Positions 37,301 to 50,828 are shown, numbered from the stretch's first letter. The stretch: DNA of 64,000 nt from Octopus sinensis (GCF_006345805.1 NC_042999.1:114080001-114144000), one strand, 5' to 3'. A program made the numbers and translations. The notes: generated by a model not told the origin, from the letters alone.

Positions 37301-37946
37301 GAGAACATGAACACTACTGCTTTTTTGTTTTCTTTTGCTACCCAACAACCTTAATAACATCAACAACAAAAACAACAGCATTATTGATTTCTTATATAGG
37401 CATATATAAATAAATATTGATCTCTGTCAGTTTCGACCATGAATATTCCAATTTTCCAATTGTCTGATTGACAGATTGGCCTGCTCATTGAAATTAGCGT
37501 GTAAGTGGCTGAGTATTCCATAGGGACATGTACTGTTAATGTAATTCTCAAGGAGAATCAACATCACAAAAAGTGTATGACAAGGCTGAGCCTTTGAATT
37601 ATTAGTGCCCTCTGTGGGATTCCAGGCAGTTTCCATCTACCCAGATTCACTTACAAGACTTGGGTTGACCCAAGGTTCTGGTATAATACATTTTGTGTAT
37701 TTTGCGGTTAAGACACTTTCTTTGGAGCCATGTGCATTCAGATTCAGTCCCACTGTGCAGCACATTGGGCAAATGTCTTGTTATAGCTCTGGGCCAACTA
37801 ATGCATTGTGACTGAGTTTGATAGATGGAAACTGTGTGGAAGCCTGTCGTGTATGTACTGGTATGTCACACATATTGAGAAGACTATTGGCAATGTGAGA
37901 ATGATTACCTCCCATGTATTTTAATGTTTCTACTTTTTCACATGTG

Positions 37947-38240
37947 GAGGCGCAATGGCCCAGTGGTTAGGGCAGCGGATTCACAGTCGGAGGATCGTGG
38001 TTTCAATTCCCAGACCGAGCGTTGTGTGTGTTTGAGTGAAAACACCTAAAAGCTCTACAAGGCTCCAGCATGGGTTGGTGGCGACCCCTGTTGTACTCTT
38101 TCGCCACAACTTTCCCTCACTCTCTCTTCCTGTTTCTTGAGTAACGCTGCTAGCATCCCGTCCAGCTGGGGAGAACACATACGCCACAGAAACCGGGAAA
38201 CTGGGCCCATGAGCCTGGCTAGGCTTGAAAAGGGCGACGT
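37947..38240 (+). mobile_element. SINE family E variant
   Basis: GGCGCAATGGCCCAGTGGTTAGG head. Shares its tail with 30346 and its body with 58705-59012. Confidence 0.82.
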
Positions 38241-39157
38241 TTATCATTTTTTTTTTTTCACATAGCATATATTTGTCTGCATGAGTTTACTTTATGCATA
38301 TTTCAGTATTATACTTGACATGTATTTGTGTACATCATTAATATGTAAGTTTATGTGTGTGTGTGAAAAGGGGGCATCTGTCTCCAAAGCTCCAAAGCTG
38401 AGTAACATTTTCATGCTTGGATTTGTAAACTATGATAAGAATAACATGAGTCAACAAAGGATTTGTCCCAAAAGTATATGAAATGAAAAATAGGTAAAAA
38501 ATTCTACATAAAAATACTAACATACAGAAGCACAGAAAAATTAAAGCAAAACATGCAAGTGAAAAGAATATTGTGGTGTGAAGAATCAACACAGAACAAC
38601 ACACAGCACAGATACAGGAGAAGTGAAACACAACACATCGTGTGGGTGTCATGGTAACAAGCTGCTAATGCCACGCTGTCTGTTGACTGGCTAAAATGAC
38701 CCCAATTTCCCAACTTTAATTCCAAATAACATCAGATTCTTTAATTTACGAGATAAAGTAATTGGTTGATGGTAATCAAAATGCAGAGTTGCACAACTAA
38801 TTGAAAGCAATCTGAGCAAAATTAAAGGGGGCTCATTTTGTGAATGAAACTAACTAGATCCATCCAGGCTAAATATTCTACATGCTTTAAGTTCAAACTG
38901 GCCATTTCCAGCCTCTCACGCTTATCCTACAATGTCTCTCTAAAAATAAGCAATCACATCATTGATATCTTCAAGCTACATGATAATGAGTGATTAATTC
39001 AAACCCATCTGAACAAATTAGCATTATGCTTGACAGAATAATCTGAGTGCTAAAAGTTTTTTAAATGAAAGGCAAAGTAGATCTCAGTGGAATTTGAACT
39101 CAGAATGCAAAGAAGTGCAACTAAGTAACATACAGCATGTCATTTATGACTCTATTG

Positions 39158-39543
39158 CAGTGGTTCTCAATATTTTTTGACTCTGAAGAACACTGGAAAT
39201 TTTAAAAAAACCAAAAAAAAAATCCAGTTATTGCACACTAGAGATTAAATTAAAAAATGACTGGTATGCTAGAGATTAAATGAAAAACATGAACAAAATT
39301 ACTGTAGTGCTTTATATATGGAAAGCAAAACAAAATAATTTTTTAAAGTTTTAGAACAAAAAAAAATCAAACAGAAAGAAATCTATTTTTTAACTTATTT
39401 TATTCATCTAACATGTGTATAACAAAATTATGAACTGAATAATTCATTTCTCAAAACTCACAAGTGTTAGTATGAATTTTGTAAAACATTAAATTATATT
39501 TTCAAAAACCCATGCACTACATTGCATTGTTTAAGAACCAATG
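39158..39543. mobile_element. hAT-type MITE
   Basis: CAGTGGTTCTCAA ... TTAAGAACCAATG degenerate TIRs. Confidence 0.6.
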
Positions 39544-39620
39544 CTCTACAAATTGTCATTCCTCTTTTCTACTGCTGCTGCTGCCACTACTACTACTACT
39601 AATAATAATAATAATAATAA

Positions 39621-40163
39621 ATGCCCTGATGCAGTACCAGGCAGTGGCTCTCATGGCTTCTGATCTTAATTGATTGGAAGTGTTATCATGTACATTGTTT
39701 TGTCTTTGTATAAAAGATGGGCTACAGCAAATATTTTGCTCAATACTACAGATTTGCTTGTTAGCTGTTTGACTTTAACCATTTGGGCATGTCCGTTGGT
39801 GGCTGACGATATGTGCATCTCTGATCATGAGCAGAAATAGTTGAGGAGCATCATAGCCATGTGTTGAGAGGAATTCTTTGGGGTTTGAATAATTTGCCTC
39901 TGGAAACATGGGTGTTTCATTCAACATCCTTAAACAAGCCTTATTCAATGACCATTTGAGTAGGATAGACTATTTGACCTGAAGAAAATTCTAACTGGGC
40001 CCCACCTGCAAGGTCATGCGCTGTTAATCTTGATATGAGATCACCATGTTGTGAACACATGTGCCTGGTGAACCCTTATCAGATGAGTAGTCATGATGGG
40101 TATTCTGGGCTTTGTATATTTTATCCCAGTGTCACTTTGATGGCGTGCATTGTTCTCTCTCTC
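39621..40163. mobile_element. Unclassified ~540-bp element embedded in (AAT)n
   Basis: GC-richer block with (AAT)n on the left and (AAT/AAC)n on the right. Single copy here; recalled as a common octopus repeat (unverified). Confidence 0.5.
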
Positions 40164-41224
40164 AATGATAATAACAACAACAATAATAATTGTTTCTACT
40201 ACAGGCACAAGGCCTGAAATTTTGGGGGAGGGGGATAGTTGATTACATCAACCCCAGTGCTCAACTGGTGCTTATTTTGTTGACCTCAAAAGGATGAAAG
40301 GCAAAGTCAACCCTGGTGGCATTTGAACTCAGATCATGATGATGGAATGAAATACCACTAAGCATTTTGCCCAGCATGCTAATGATTCTGCTAGCTTGCT
40401 CCCCTTAATAATAATAATAATAATAATAATAATCCTTTCTACTAAAGGAACAAGGCCTGGAATTTTGAGGGAGGGTACTAGTTGATTACATTGATCCCAG
40501 TGAAACACTAGTACTTAATTTATTGACCCCAAAAGGATGAAAGGCAAAGTCAACCTTGGTGGAATTTGAACTCAGAACACAGTGACAGGCAAAAATTCAG
40601 CAAAAGTTGTTGAATAGATCTTTACATGTTCACTTAACCAACTAGAAATAGCAACTAAATTTTTCTTCAATCCCATCCTACAGAGTCTACCCTTTTTGAG
40701 ACACATAGTGTTAACCAAAAAGACTAAAGTTTTTTTCTGTTGAGATTGAAATTGATGGGTGCATGTAGAAAACAAAGAATAAAGTGCCTAAAATTACTTT
40801 TATTAGTATGTAAAACTACATATATATTATTTTGTTTTATATCTACTGAAAAATTATCCCTGATAGGCTATAACTCTTTAAAATATTTGTTTCATCAGAC
40901 TGATGGATCAGCCTCAAAGTCCTTTCAGCTTGTATCACTTGGGCCAATCAATTGGCCTGGGTATCTCAAGAGGGTTAAAAAAAAAAGAAGGCAATATTGA
41001 TGATGTACTTGAAGATACATTATGTTTGAGACAAAGATGTGGTGCAAATAACTAGAACACATATGATCATAGTTAGGTCAGCTTCATCAAGATTAAACTA
41101 AAGCTAAACAATAGCAAAACTAACAATGGTTGAAATTAAAAAAGGAACCACTACATGGTGACTGAAACTGATAGAGATATCAATGAAATCTCCTTCCAAC
41201 TTGCAAGTTTCAAAAAGCACTTAA

Positions 41225-41454
41225 CCCTTTTGTTACCATATTTCTGTTGAAAATAACTAACTTTGATTCAATTAAGTTTTAAAATTATAAAGAATTTAAT
41301 ATGAATATAATAAAATAACTTCGTTGTTATTAAGCTGGTGTTTAAAACAAATTAACATGGAATTTTGATGGAAGATTTAATTTAGATCATTTTAAAACAG
41401 GAAGTTTGTTTCATAGAATCAAGTTTGATCTCAGGTGGATTGGTATCAAAAGGG
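41225..41454. mobile_element. piggyBac-type MITE family 2
   Basis: TTAA-CCCTTTTGTTACCA ... TGGTATCAAAAGGG-TTAA: 13/14 TIR match and TTAA TSD. Confidence 0.88.
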
Positions 41455-43019
41455 TTAATGGAAAATATTGTCTGAGATGCACTTCCTTCAGTCATTTGTT
41501 AGTTTGTTTATTTAACATCTGTTTTTTCCCGCTCTAACATTGACTTGGACAAAGAGTTATATGAGGCAGGATTTTATGGATAGATGTTTTTCCTGTCACT
41601 AAACTTACCTATTTTCCAAGGAATTTCTTTATTCAACAGGTCTTCAAAACCATGGAGCAAACTAGTCAAAACATCGACAAAAATACCAACATCTATTTTT
41701 GAAAAAAAAACACTACAGGTTAGCTATAACTGGAGCATCTTTGATCATAGGTCTGCTTGATCGAAACTGACTGGGGGCTAAACAACAGTAAAGGGAAAGA
41801 CGTTTCTGTTAGAAAGTTGAAAATCAACATATAAAGATAAACAGACTGCTTCAGATAATCGTACATTATCTGAGACAGAAAATTTTAGCATTTCATTAAC
41901 TTTAACATTAATGAGATAAAAAAAATTAAAGCAGATCAAGAAAGTATTTTATTCTCTTTGATTTTAATTATTTTCACAACCTTCAAAGAAAATTATTGTT
42001 GTTAAGTATCTGTTAAATGTCTGTTAAGATATTTTAAAATGTCTGCATGAAAAAATTTTGAAAAGAATTTTTCTTTTAAATGTAATAATTTATTACATTA
42101 TTATAAGGCAGTAACTGTAGGTTGTTGTTGTTCAACTTCAGGTCATCCCTGATAAAAGGTATTCTAGACATGAGACCATCTTGTCACACTGCCTCATAGT
42201 TATTATCATTATTGCCAAAGTAATTAGTAGAATCATTAGCATGTTAGACAAAAATGCAGTGGCATTTCTTCTGGCTTTATGTTCTGAATTCAAATCCCAC
42301 CAAGGTCAACTTTGCCTTTTTGTCCCTCTGGAGTCAATAAAGTAAGTACCAGTTGAGCACTGGAGTCAATGTGATTGATTTACACATCTTCCTCAAAATT
42401 CATGGTCTTGTGCCAAAATTAGAAAAAATCAGTATCATTGCTGTTGTTGTCTTTATTGTTGGTGGTACTGTTGTTGTGAGGGTTAGCAACAGCAAAGGCA
42501 TCCAGCTGTAGGAAATCTGCCCCCAATGAATTCCATCTGACCCATGCAAGCATGGAAAAGGAAACACAACAACAGCAATGACAATGATGATGCCAACAAG
42601 GATGATATATAAATACACACACATACACACATACATACACACAAAAGGCTTCTTTTAGTTCCTTTCTACCGAATCTACTCATAGAATTTTGGTCAGCTTA
42701 GGGGAATAATAGGAAACACCTATCCAAAGTACCATGCAGTGGGACTGAACCTGAAACCTAAGAGTTAGAATAAGCTGAATAAGTTACAGTTGCTTGAATC
42801 AATCCTAGAATATTCAGAAGGAAGAAAGCCCAAGTTGATCTCAGCAGGATTTGAACTCAGAACCTAGAAGAGTAAAACTAACAGCTGTAATACTAATCTA
42901 AGAGCACCTCTGGTTCTATGATAAAAAAAACTTCTTGTTTTAAAGCGATCTAAATAGATCTCTTTAAAATCTTTCATTAAAACTTCATGTTGATTTATGT
43001 TCCAAACACCAGTTGTATA

Positions 43020-43325
43020 ATCATCATCATCATCATTTAACGTCCGCTTTCTATGCTAGCATGGGTTGGATGATTTGACTGAGGTCTGGCAAACCAGATG
43101 GCTGCACCAGACTCCAATCTGATCTGGCAGAGTTTCTACAGCTGGATGCCCTTCCTAATGCCAACCACTCTGAGAGTGTAGTGGGTGCTTTTATGTGCCA
43201 CCAGCACAAGGACCAGTCAGGCAGTACTGACAACGGCCACACTCAAATGGTGCTTTTTATGTGCCACCTGCACAGGAGCTAGTCCAGCAGCACTGGCAAT
43301 GACTTCACTCAAATGTTTTTTCATG
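43020..43325 (-). mobile_element. RTE family 1 3' UTR with (GAT)n tail
   Basis: CATCATCATTTAACGTCCGCTTT...GGATGCCCTTCCTAA. Homologues at 28400, 32155, 45630, 51985 and 59050. Confidence 0.85.
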
Positions 43326-45015
43326 TGCCAATTGTTTCAGTCATTGGACTGTGGCCATGATGTGACACTGCAAATAAATCAGACCCTGAGATTTATTTTT
43401 TAAACCTGGTACTCAGTCTTTAGATCTCTTTTGCCAATCTGCTAAGTTATGGGGATGTAAACAAACCAACACCAGTTGTCAAGCAATGGACAAACACACA
43501 TACACACATAATGGGTTTCTTTCAGCTTCCACCTACTGTATTCACTCAGAAGGCTTTCATAGGCCTATGGCTATAGAAGAAAACCAAGGTGCCATACAAT
43601 GGGACTGGAACTGGGCCTGAACCCAAGACCATATGGCTGGGAAGCAAGCTTCTTAACCACACAGCTATACCTGTGTCTATGATGACACAGTTATTTTACT
43701 AAATTCTTCATTTTCTAAAAAAATTAATACAAATAAAAACAATGAATTTCATTAGAAATTTGGTAACGAAAACGTTTAAGTATGGCATTTTATTGTTTCT
43801 ATTACACCATTTTTTTTTTCCTGAGTATTGAATAGTAATTAACAAATACCTGAAACAAAGCCAAGTTCAAATTCACCAATGGACAAATCTTGCTTCAGTT
43901 TGGTATTCATATTTTGTAATGGAGATGTATATCTCCTCTACTTGTTACCAGTGGAACAAGGATAAGTTTCAGTGTATCTCCTTACTAGTAGTACTGAATA
44001 CTTTTTCAGTTAGCAGGTGGCAAATGACATACACAAGAGTTTGTCTGTAATGAGAGATGCTGCCAGAGATACAGGGAAGTCATGAGACCAAGTTAAAATG
44101 AATAATCTGGAGAAAGAGTGAAAGGGGAGAGATGCAGAGGATTGAATACATGTATGAGTAAGCGAGCATACGTGTGTGTGTGAGTGTGTGTGTATGTGTG
44201 TGTGCATGCATGTGTGCGTGTTCAGCTGTTGGAGCCAACAAACTAGTGTTCAAAACCAGCTGAAATGTTGATGGTAGAATCATCACAGCAATCAGACAAA
44301 AGTGCCTTGTGGTGGTCACTAATTTGGTGACTGTCCTTTATGTTCCGAGTTCAACTCCTTCTGATATGAAGTTCGTGCCTTTCATTTTTCTGGGGTATTG
44401 ATCAAATAAATTACCAGGCAAAATAGAACCTGAAAGATGCAATGTGCTTTGCTATCCCTATAAATATTTCTATAAAGAAGATTAAATGGAATTATAATAA
44501 TAGACTAAAGGTCATTCATATACAGTTTTGGTGTTACAGTTAGGCCCATATATACTGAATGTGCCTGATGGCTGCTGCACTCTGACTTATGTTGGTAAAT
44601 TTTTTTTGTAATAATTCTGTTCTTGCAGTATCATGATATCATCTATAATGATTTGTTTTCAAATCTGATACTATACATTAAGAATCAAAAGTTAAGTTAG
44701 GATGTAGTTGAGATGCTGTCTTGAGATGAATTCTGCAGTTATGTGTTTTGTGACTTTCTACAATTTTGCTACATTAAGTAAAATATACAGAATGCTGTTC
44801 TGAACTCTGGGTATGTAGGTATTTTGAAAATATCTTATGGGTTGATGACCGTACCCTGCATAGTTATAGCACCCATTCAGATATCCTACAAGAAAGTCAT
44901 GAGACTACAGCACTATGGAGAATTGTGAAGAGGTAGTGCAAGAGCTCGATTGAGTCAACAATGCTTCTTATATTGATGCTGAGTGGAGGAATCCTAGGAG
45001 ATCGATACATAGGAT

Positions 45016-45163
45016 CAGGACCAGCAAACTCAGGCAGTTGCCTGGGGTGCCATGTGCTAGGAGGTGCAAAGGAAGGTGTGACAAAGACAAGGAAATTTCC
45101 ATAACTCTCAGTTTGTACACACCAAAGTTGCCCAGAGCACAAGCAACCCTAAGGCCGGCCCTG
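45016..45163. mobile_element. hAT-type MITE (148 bp)
   Basis: CAGGACCAGC ... GCCGGCCCTG termini. Flanks CATAGGAT and CTCAGGAT (6/8) fit a decayed 8-bp TSD. Confidence 0.62.
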
Positions 45164-47635
45164 CTCAGGATCACCAAGCTCTGTTGAGAAAGTAACTGCA
45201 ATGCATTCATGGGGGTGGCGTCCACGGTTGCGTAATCAACTAATGAAAGATTCAAGCTTCCAATTCAAATTCATACTAATGGAATAGGATGGCAACAGGG
45301 AGTCATAGGAATCTGCAAAAGCAGCATCATCAAAGATTCTGAACTAATACTGCTTCTGCCTCTAACAATGAATATTTACTCAGCCTGCCAGCAATTTCTG
45401 ACATCAGTGATTTGTCTAATCATGCAGTTGCTAGTGGATATTTATAACTGATAATGCTCAAAAAAGCATGAATCTGGATTTAGCAATTCCTCTGCTGCTT
45501 TGAACACTTTTCTTCTGCTACTAATATGCTTCTGTACTTTTTAGCACTATACGTAATCTATATGAGATGCTTTCTTGAGACAAATACCACAATTTTGTGA
45601 CTTTTTACAGTATCATCATCATCATCATCGTCGTCATTGTTGTCATCATCATCATCATTTAACGTTCATTTTCTATGCTGGCATGGGTTGGACAGTTTGA
45701 CATAGAGCTGGGCAGCTGGGAACTGTCCAGACTCCAGCTGTCTGTTGTAACATGGTTTCTATGGCTGGATGCCCTTCCTAATGCCAACCACTTAACAGAG
45801 TGTGCTGGGTGCTTTTTACATGCCATCAACATGGGTGCATTTACGCAGCATTGGCACAGGGTCTACCAAAGCCTTACGAGTGTATTTGGTATATGGAAAC
45901 TGAAAGAAGCCCATCGAATGTATACATGTGTGTGTCTTTGTGTTTGTCGTCCAGTGCCAATTGACAACTGATGTTGGTGTATTTATGTCCCCATAACTTA
46001 ACAGAAACCAACAGAATAAGTATCAAGCTTAAAAATAAGTACTGGGGTTGATTCTATCGAGTAAAATTCTTCAAGGCAGTACTCTAGCATGGCTGGAGTC
46101 TAATGTGTGTATGCTTGTGTTTGTTGCCAGTACTACATGACAACTGGTATTGATTTATTTACTTTCCTGTAACTTAGAGGTTCTGCAAAAGAGACCACAG
46201 ATAAGTTTCAGGCTTAAAAGAAAACAAAAAAACACTTAGGTTACTGCTTTATAGCTGGAAGTCCATCTATGATTGAATTCGTAGCAGCTGATCTTCTCTG
46301 AGTGTGACCTTTAATGGTTGGCTGGTCTGGTAGCCACAGATATTCCGTAACAATTTTCATAATTGATCCTTTTTTTTCTCCTAATCTTTTTACTTGCATC
46401 GAACATTGACCTGCAGGCAGCCATGCTAGGGTACCACATTCAAAGGTATTAGTCAAAGAGACTGACCCCAGTACTTATTTGTTAAGTCTGGTGCTTATTT
46501 GATTGGTTTCTTTTACCAAAGCACCAAGTTACAGGGATGCAAACAAACCAACACCAGTTGTCAAATGGACAAACCCGGACACACACACACACAAGCTAAG
46601 TACTTGGTTTGACTTGTTCAACTAGACCCTTCAAGGTGTGACCCAGCATGTCTACAGTCCAATGACTGAAACAAGTAAAAGACAAACAGATTTATTTATA
46701 AATGTGGATTTATGTATAAACTAGTGATGGTGGGTAAGTTCAAAGAATTTGAAGCCTTTTAATTAAAAATTCTGGGTGTGTTATTATTTATATTCAAGAT
46801 ATAAATAGCATTCATCTTGTGAAGTATTGGCTGTGAAATTAAGTTAAAGTTAAAGGTGTTTGAGTTATGCCAGGTCAACTATAGGTCACATCAAGGCCTA
46901 TATTGTGTTTGTATTGACATTGTGATTCACTTATAAATACACACTTATACACACACACACACAAATGCATATACACATACACAAAGACCTTTGGCACACA
47001 TGCATACATACTCTCATAAACATTCATATATAGAAACACATAAACTCACTATCTCTCTCTTTCTCACATACACACACACACACTAATCTTTTCTACACAC
47101 ATACAAACACACACCAATGCCTTTCACATATACATGCACACATGCAAACATTTACACATAGACACACCCAAACATTCACACATATACATATACAAGCACA
47201 CACACACATACACCCCTAAATAATCTTTTTCACACACACATGCAAACATTCACACATACACATGGTCATATACATACACATTAATCTCTTTCATATACTC
47301 ATACAAAGACAGGCAGATAGTGTATGTGTGTGTGTGTGTGTGTGTGCATGACATACACACTCTCTTTATTTTCTCTGGCACACGCACACACACACATACT
47401 CTTCTCCTTCTCACAAACACATGTGTCTCCTTTATTTCCATTGTGTACTCCACTTCAACTCATCCTTGGGTCATGCCAACACCATACAGTTTTGCATGGC
47501 AGGAGGCTGCTAAGTCCTTTGCTCATACTCCCCTCCTTTTCCTGGAGAGGGATATAGTCACTGTGAGTGGTATTTCATTACTTTTCCATGGGTCATCTGT
47601 TACAGAAAATGAGAGAATTGATCTCAGTGTATCTT

Positions 47636-47669
<34 letters not shown>

Positions 47670-47766
47670 ATATATATATATATATATCAAAGATATATAT
47701 ATATATATATATCAAATATATATATATATATATATATATCAAATATATATATATGAATTAAAATAA

Positions 47767-47840
47767 GCTTCAAGCGACTCCATTTAATTGAACAATGCAA
47801 CCATTACATCAATTTAAATGCAGAGCAATCCTCAGCTGCA
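47767..47840 (-). ncRNA. Hammerhead-like family H1 (5' half intact)
   Basis: Minus strand TGCAG-CTGAGGA-stem II-GAAGC, then truncated. Confidence 0.6.
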
Positions 47841-48670
47841 TAAATACATAGAATTAAATTAAATTAAAACAGATGGACACATTAGTATAATTTTACCAAA
47901 GACCTCCAAGAAGGTAAGGAGACAGACAAAGAACATGCTGTCCTCTCTTAGAAGCTACTAAGCTATCAGGAAGAAAGACTTATTAGAGATCCAGCTTGTC
48001 ACTGTTTTCTGGGGGTCAGTTTTATTTTATAGTCTTGTTTATCAAATCTTTGTATATCAAAATCTAAGGCCAAAGAACAAGGAGCAGTAACTGTTAGGAA
48101 AGGGGCTGAGGGAGTCAGAAATCATAGTGAGTATAGTCATAAAACTATCAAGATTAATTTGAAGCAATATAATGAGATTTGGTAAAGGAAATCTTAAATC
48201 AAGATGTTAACTGACAATTAAAGAGGCAAGACTTTAGTAAACCAATGATGATAATACAGGGGAAATTTTATCATGGGGTACTATAGTTAAATATTTTAAG
48301 CAATATTGCCATATTGTATAAAGTTAAAATCTAGGGTTATTCAGGAGATTATTAAGAAGGATATTATAACAAAATGATAAATTTTTTATGAATACTTTTG
48401 AGTATATACCAAATTTTTACCACAACAGAGGGAGGAAAAGAAATTACATAGAAATAGTTTAATATTTATACATATTATACACTTAAATACTAATTTATTA
48501 GATGATATCTATGAAGATTGATCATTGACATTTATATATATATATATATTATATATATATGTATGTTTATGTATGTGTGTGTGTATGTATATATATATAT
48601 ATATATTTATACACACACACACACACATAAACATACATATGTACACATATACATACATTCACACATACAT

Positions 48671-49117
48671 TCTGTCAAATGTAAACATAACAGGCGAGAT
48701 ATTGTTGTTTGTGACAGAGGGGCAAAGGTATGCACCATCATAGAGGTCAGCTACCATTCAGATATAAATATCTCTTTGAAAATCAAAGAAAAAGTGGATA
48801 TCTATGGACAACTACTTCAAAACCTCCAGCTTCTATATCCAGACAATGAATTCATATTCATGCTGATAATAGTTGGAGCACAAGGTTCTATTAGCAAATG
48901 CTTAAAGGAGAATCTGGATAAACTGGGATTTTCAGAAAGAGAAAGCAACTGGCTAATTTGTACTTTACAAGTGCAATCTGTGAGTGAAACAATAAAAATA
49001 TGCAAGACTTTTCTCAAGTTCCAGCTGTGAATTTGTCTGTGTTAACTACATCCCAAAAATGGAGCCTTGTATCTTTGCTGGAAACCAACTCCTTCCTCAG
49101 TGGAAGATTTATAATAA
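48671..49117 (+). pseudogene. 3' end of an early-branching non-LTR element with restriction-like endonuclease (R4/Dong, NeSL or related)
   Basis: HNRRDIVVCD...TIIEVS (PD-(D/E)-like), KEKVDIYG, IIVGAQG, LGF, TIKICKTFLKF* (stop 49028-49030). Short UTR ending ATAATAA. Confidence 0.85.
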
Positions 49118-49199
49118 TTAAAAATAGAAGAGACATACATACATGAACACAGAAATATCATGAACTAGCTGCTCCTCTCCCAGATACGGCACCAAGTTT

Positions 49200-49246
49200 T
49201 GTCAATGAACAGGTCGCAGTTTCAAAGCAACGAAAATATTTCGACA
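49200..49246 (+). ncRNA. Minimal hammerhead-like motif, N3-C8 variant (family H3)
   Basis: TGTCA-ATGAACA-G-GTCGC(agtttcaaa)GCAAC-GAAA-ATAT-TT-CGACA. Confidence 0.5.
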
Positions 49247-49323
49247 CAAATGAAAATTAAATGTTGAAACTAATGGTTTTGTGTGTTCTTAAATGGCTTA
49301 TAAATATCTTCCATGGTGCAATT

Positions 49324-49361
<38 letters not shown>

Positions 49362-49367
<6 letters not shown>

Positions 49368-49693
49368 GTAAAGAGTGAAAAAACGACAGAAGGCTTAAAT
49401 GTTAAAAAATATATATATTTGCGTCAATATGTCTGAAGAATATTAGAAAATTTAAAAAAAAAAATTTTTTTTCCCTTTATAATGACATAATTTTTAAAGA
49501 AAGACCGGTTTCGCATTTAGCTTTTCAGAAAAGCTAAATGCGAAACCGGTCTTTCTTTAAAAATTATGTCATTATAAAGGAAAAAAAAAATTTTTTTTTT
49601 TAAATTTTTTAATATTCTTCAGACATATTGACGCAAATATATATATTTTTTAACATTTAAGCCTTCTGTCGTTTTTTCACTCTTTACTATTTT
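49362..49693. repeat. Near-perfect palindrome, ~165-bp arms, 1-nt centre at 49527
   Basis: The arms differ at about 3 positions, including homopolymer length. Confidence 0.97.
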
Positions 49694-50828
49694 TTATATA
49701 TTCACCCACGTGCTTTCACAAACCAACTTTCTTATCTATCTATATATATATATATATATATATAGTAATATGTAAAAGTAAGATCCAAGGATCAAGGTGT
49801 ACAAAGTTAGTAAGCTTTGAGCAGTTCATAGAAGGTACAAAAAAAAAAAAAACCGACTTTCAGGAACAATAGTGCTTTATTTGTGTGAAAGGTTGTCAAT
49901 TTTTCCCAATTTTTCCAAGTTCGATAAGCTGGGGTTGCTGTGTATATGAATAAGCTGGTTATCAGCTGGGGTTGCTATGTATGTGAATAAAAATCCACTC
50001 CATTCCCTAGTTTTAGATTATAACACACACACACATCTATATATTAACAAGTATTTTATTTCATTTCACACTTGAGTATTAATTTTTAGGCTTTATTTTT
50101 AAGGACATATTTTTACAGGAAGTAAAGAAAGAAAAAAAAACATTAAAAGTAAAAAAAAAGATTAAAATATCAAAGGAGAAAAAAACCCTTAACTATTTTA
50201 CTAAGGATACAAAGTAAGAGACAAAAAGGGGAATAGATTAAGCAGCAACAGCAGCAGATGGTATTGTATTTATTGTCCCTGAAAGAAAGAAAGCAAAGCT
50301 GACCACAGTAAGAATTAATGTACAGAGCTAATAAAATTGAAACAAGATTGAAATTTATAAATAAAGTAGAAAGAAAGGCATTCTATTTGATGAACTTACA
50401 CCTCAGCCACACACACACACACATGTTTATGTATGTACTGGAGCCAGTTTCCATACATACATAAATGTGTGTATGTGGTTGTATGTATGTATGTATGTCA
50501 TTGTTTGGTTTTATTTCATGATTTCTTGCCAATAGAGAAAGAGCCAGTGTCTAACTTAGATTCAAGGCTCCTATGCAAGATGGTTATACTATATTCATAT
50601 AAACATATAAATGTATATGTGTGCACATATATAAATATGTATTATCTGTACACATCTTTATTATTATTTTTTTCTGATTCATAGCTTAAAATTAATATAT
50701 AGATGGCATGTTTATCTTTCCAGTTATTCCATAAGTAAATGCCCTGAGCAGTCTTTATAGAAACCACCTAATAAGTAATTAATTAAATACATGAATGAAT
50801 ATTTAACTGGCTCTAATGTTTATAATTG

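Noticed and set aside
44880-45330. Possible old CR1/L2 RT fragment (DDAAF...SMNLNWKL)
   Set aside because: The similarity is too faint to call without an HMM search.
49433-49455. CTGAAGA...GAAA inside the palindrome arm
   Set aside because: No stem II or stem I can form around it.
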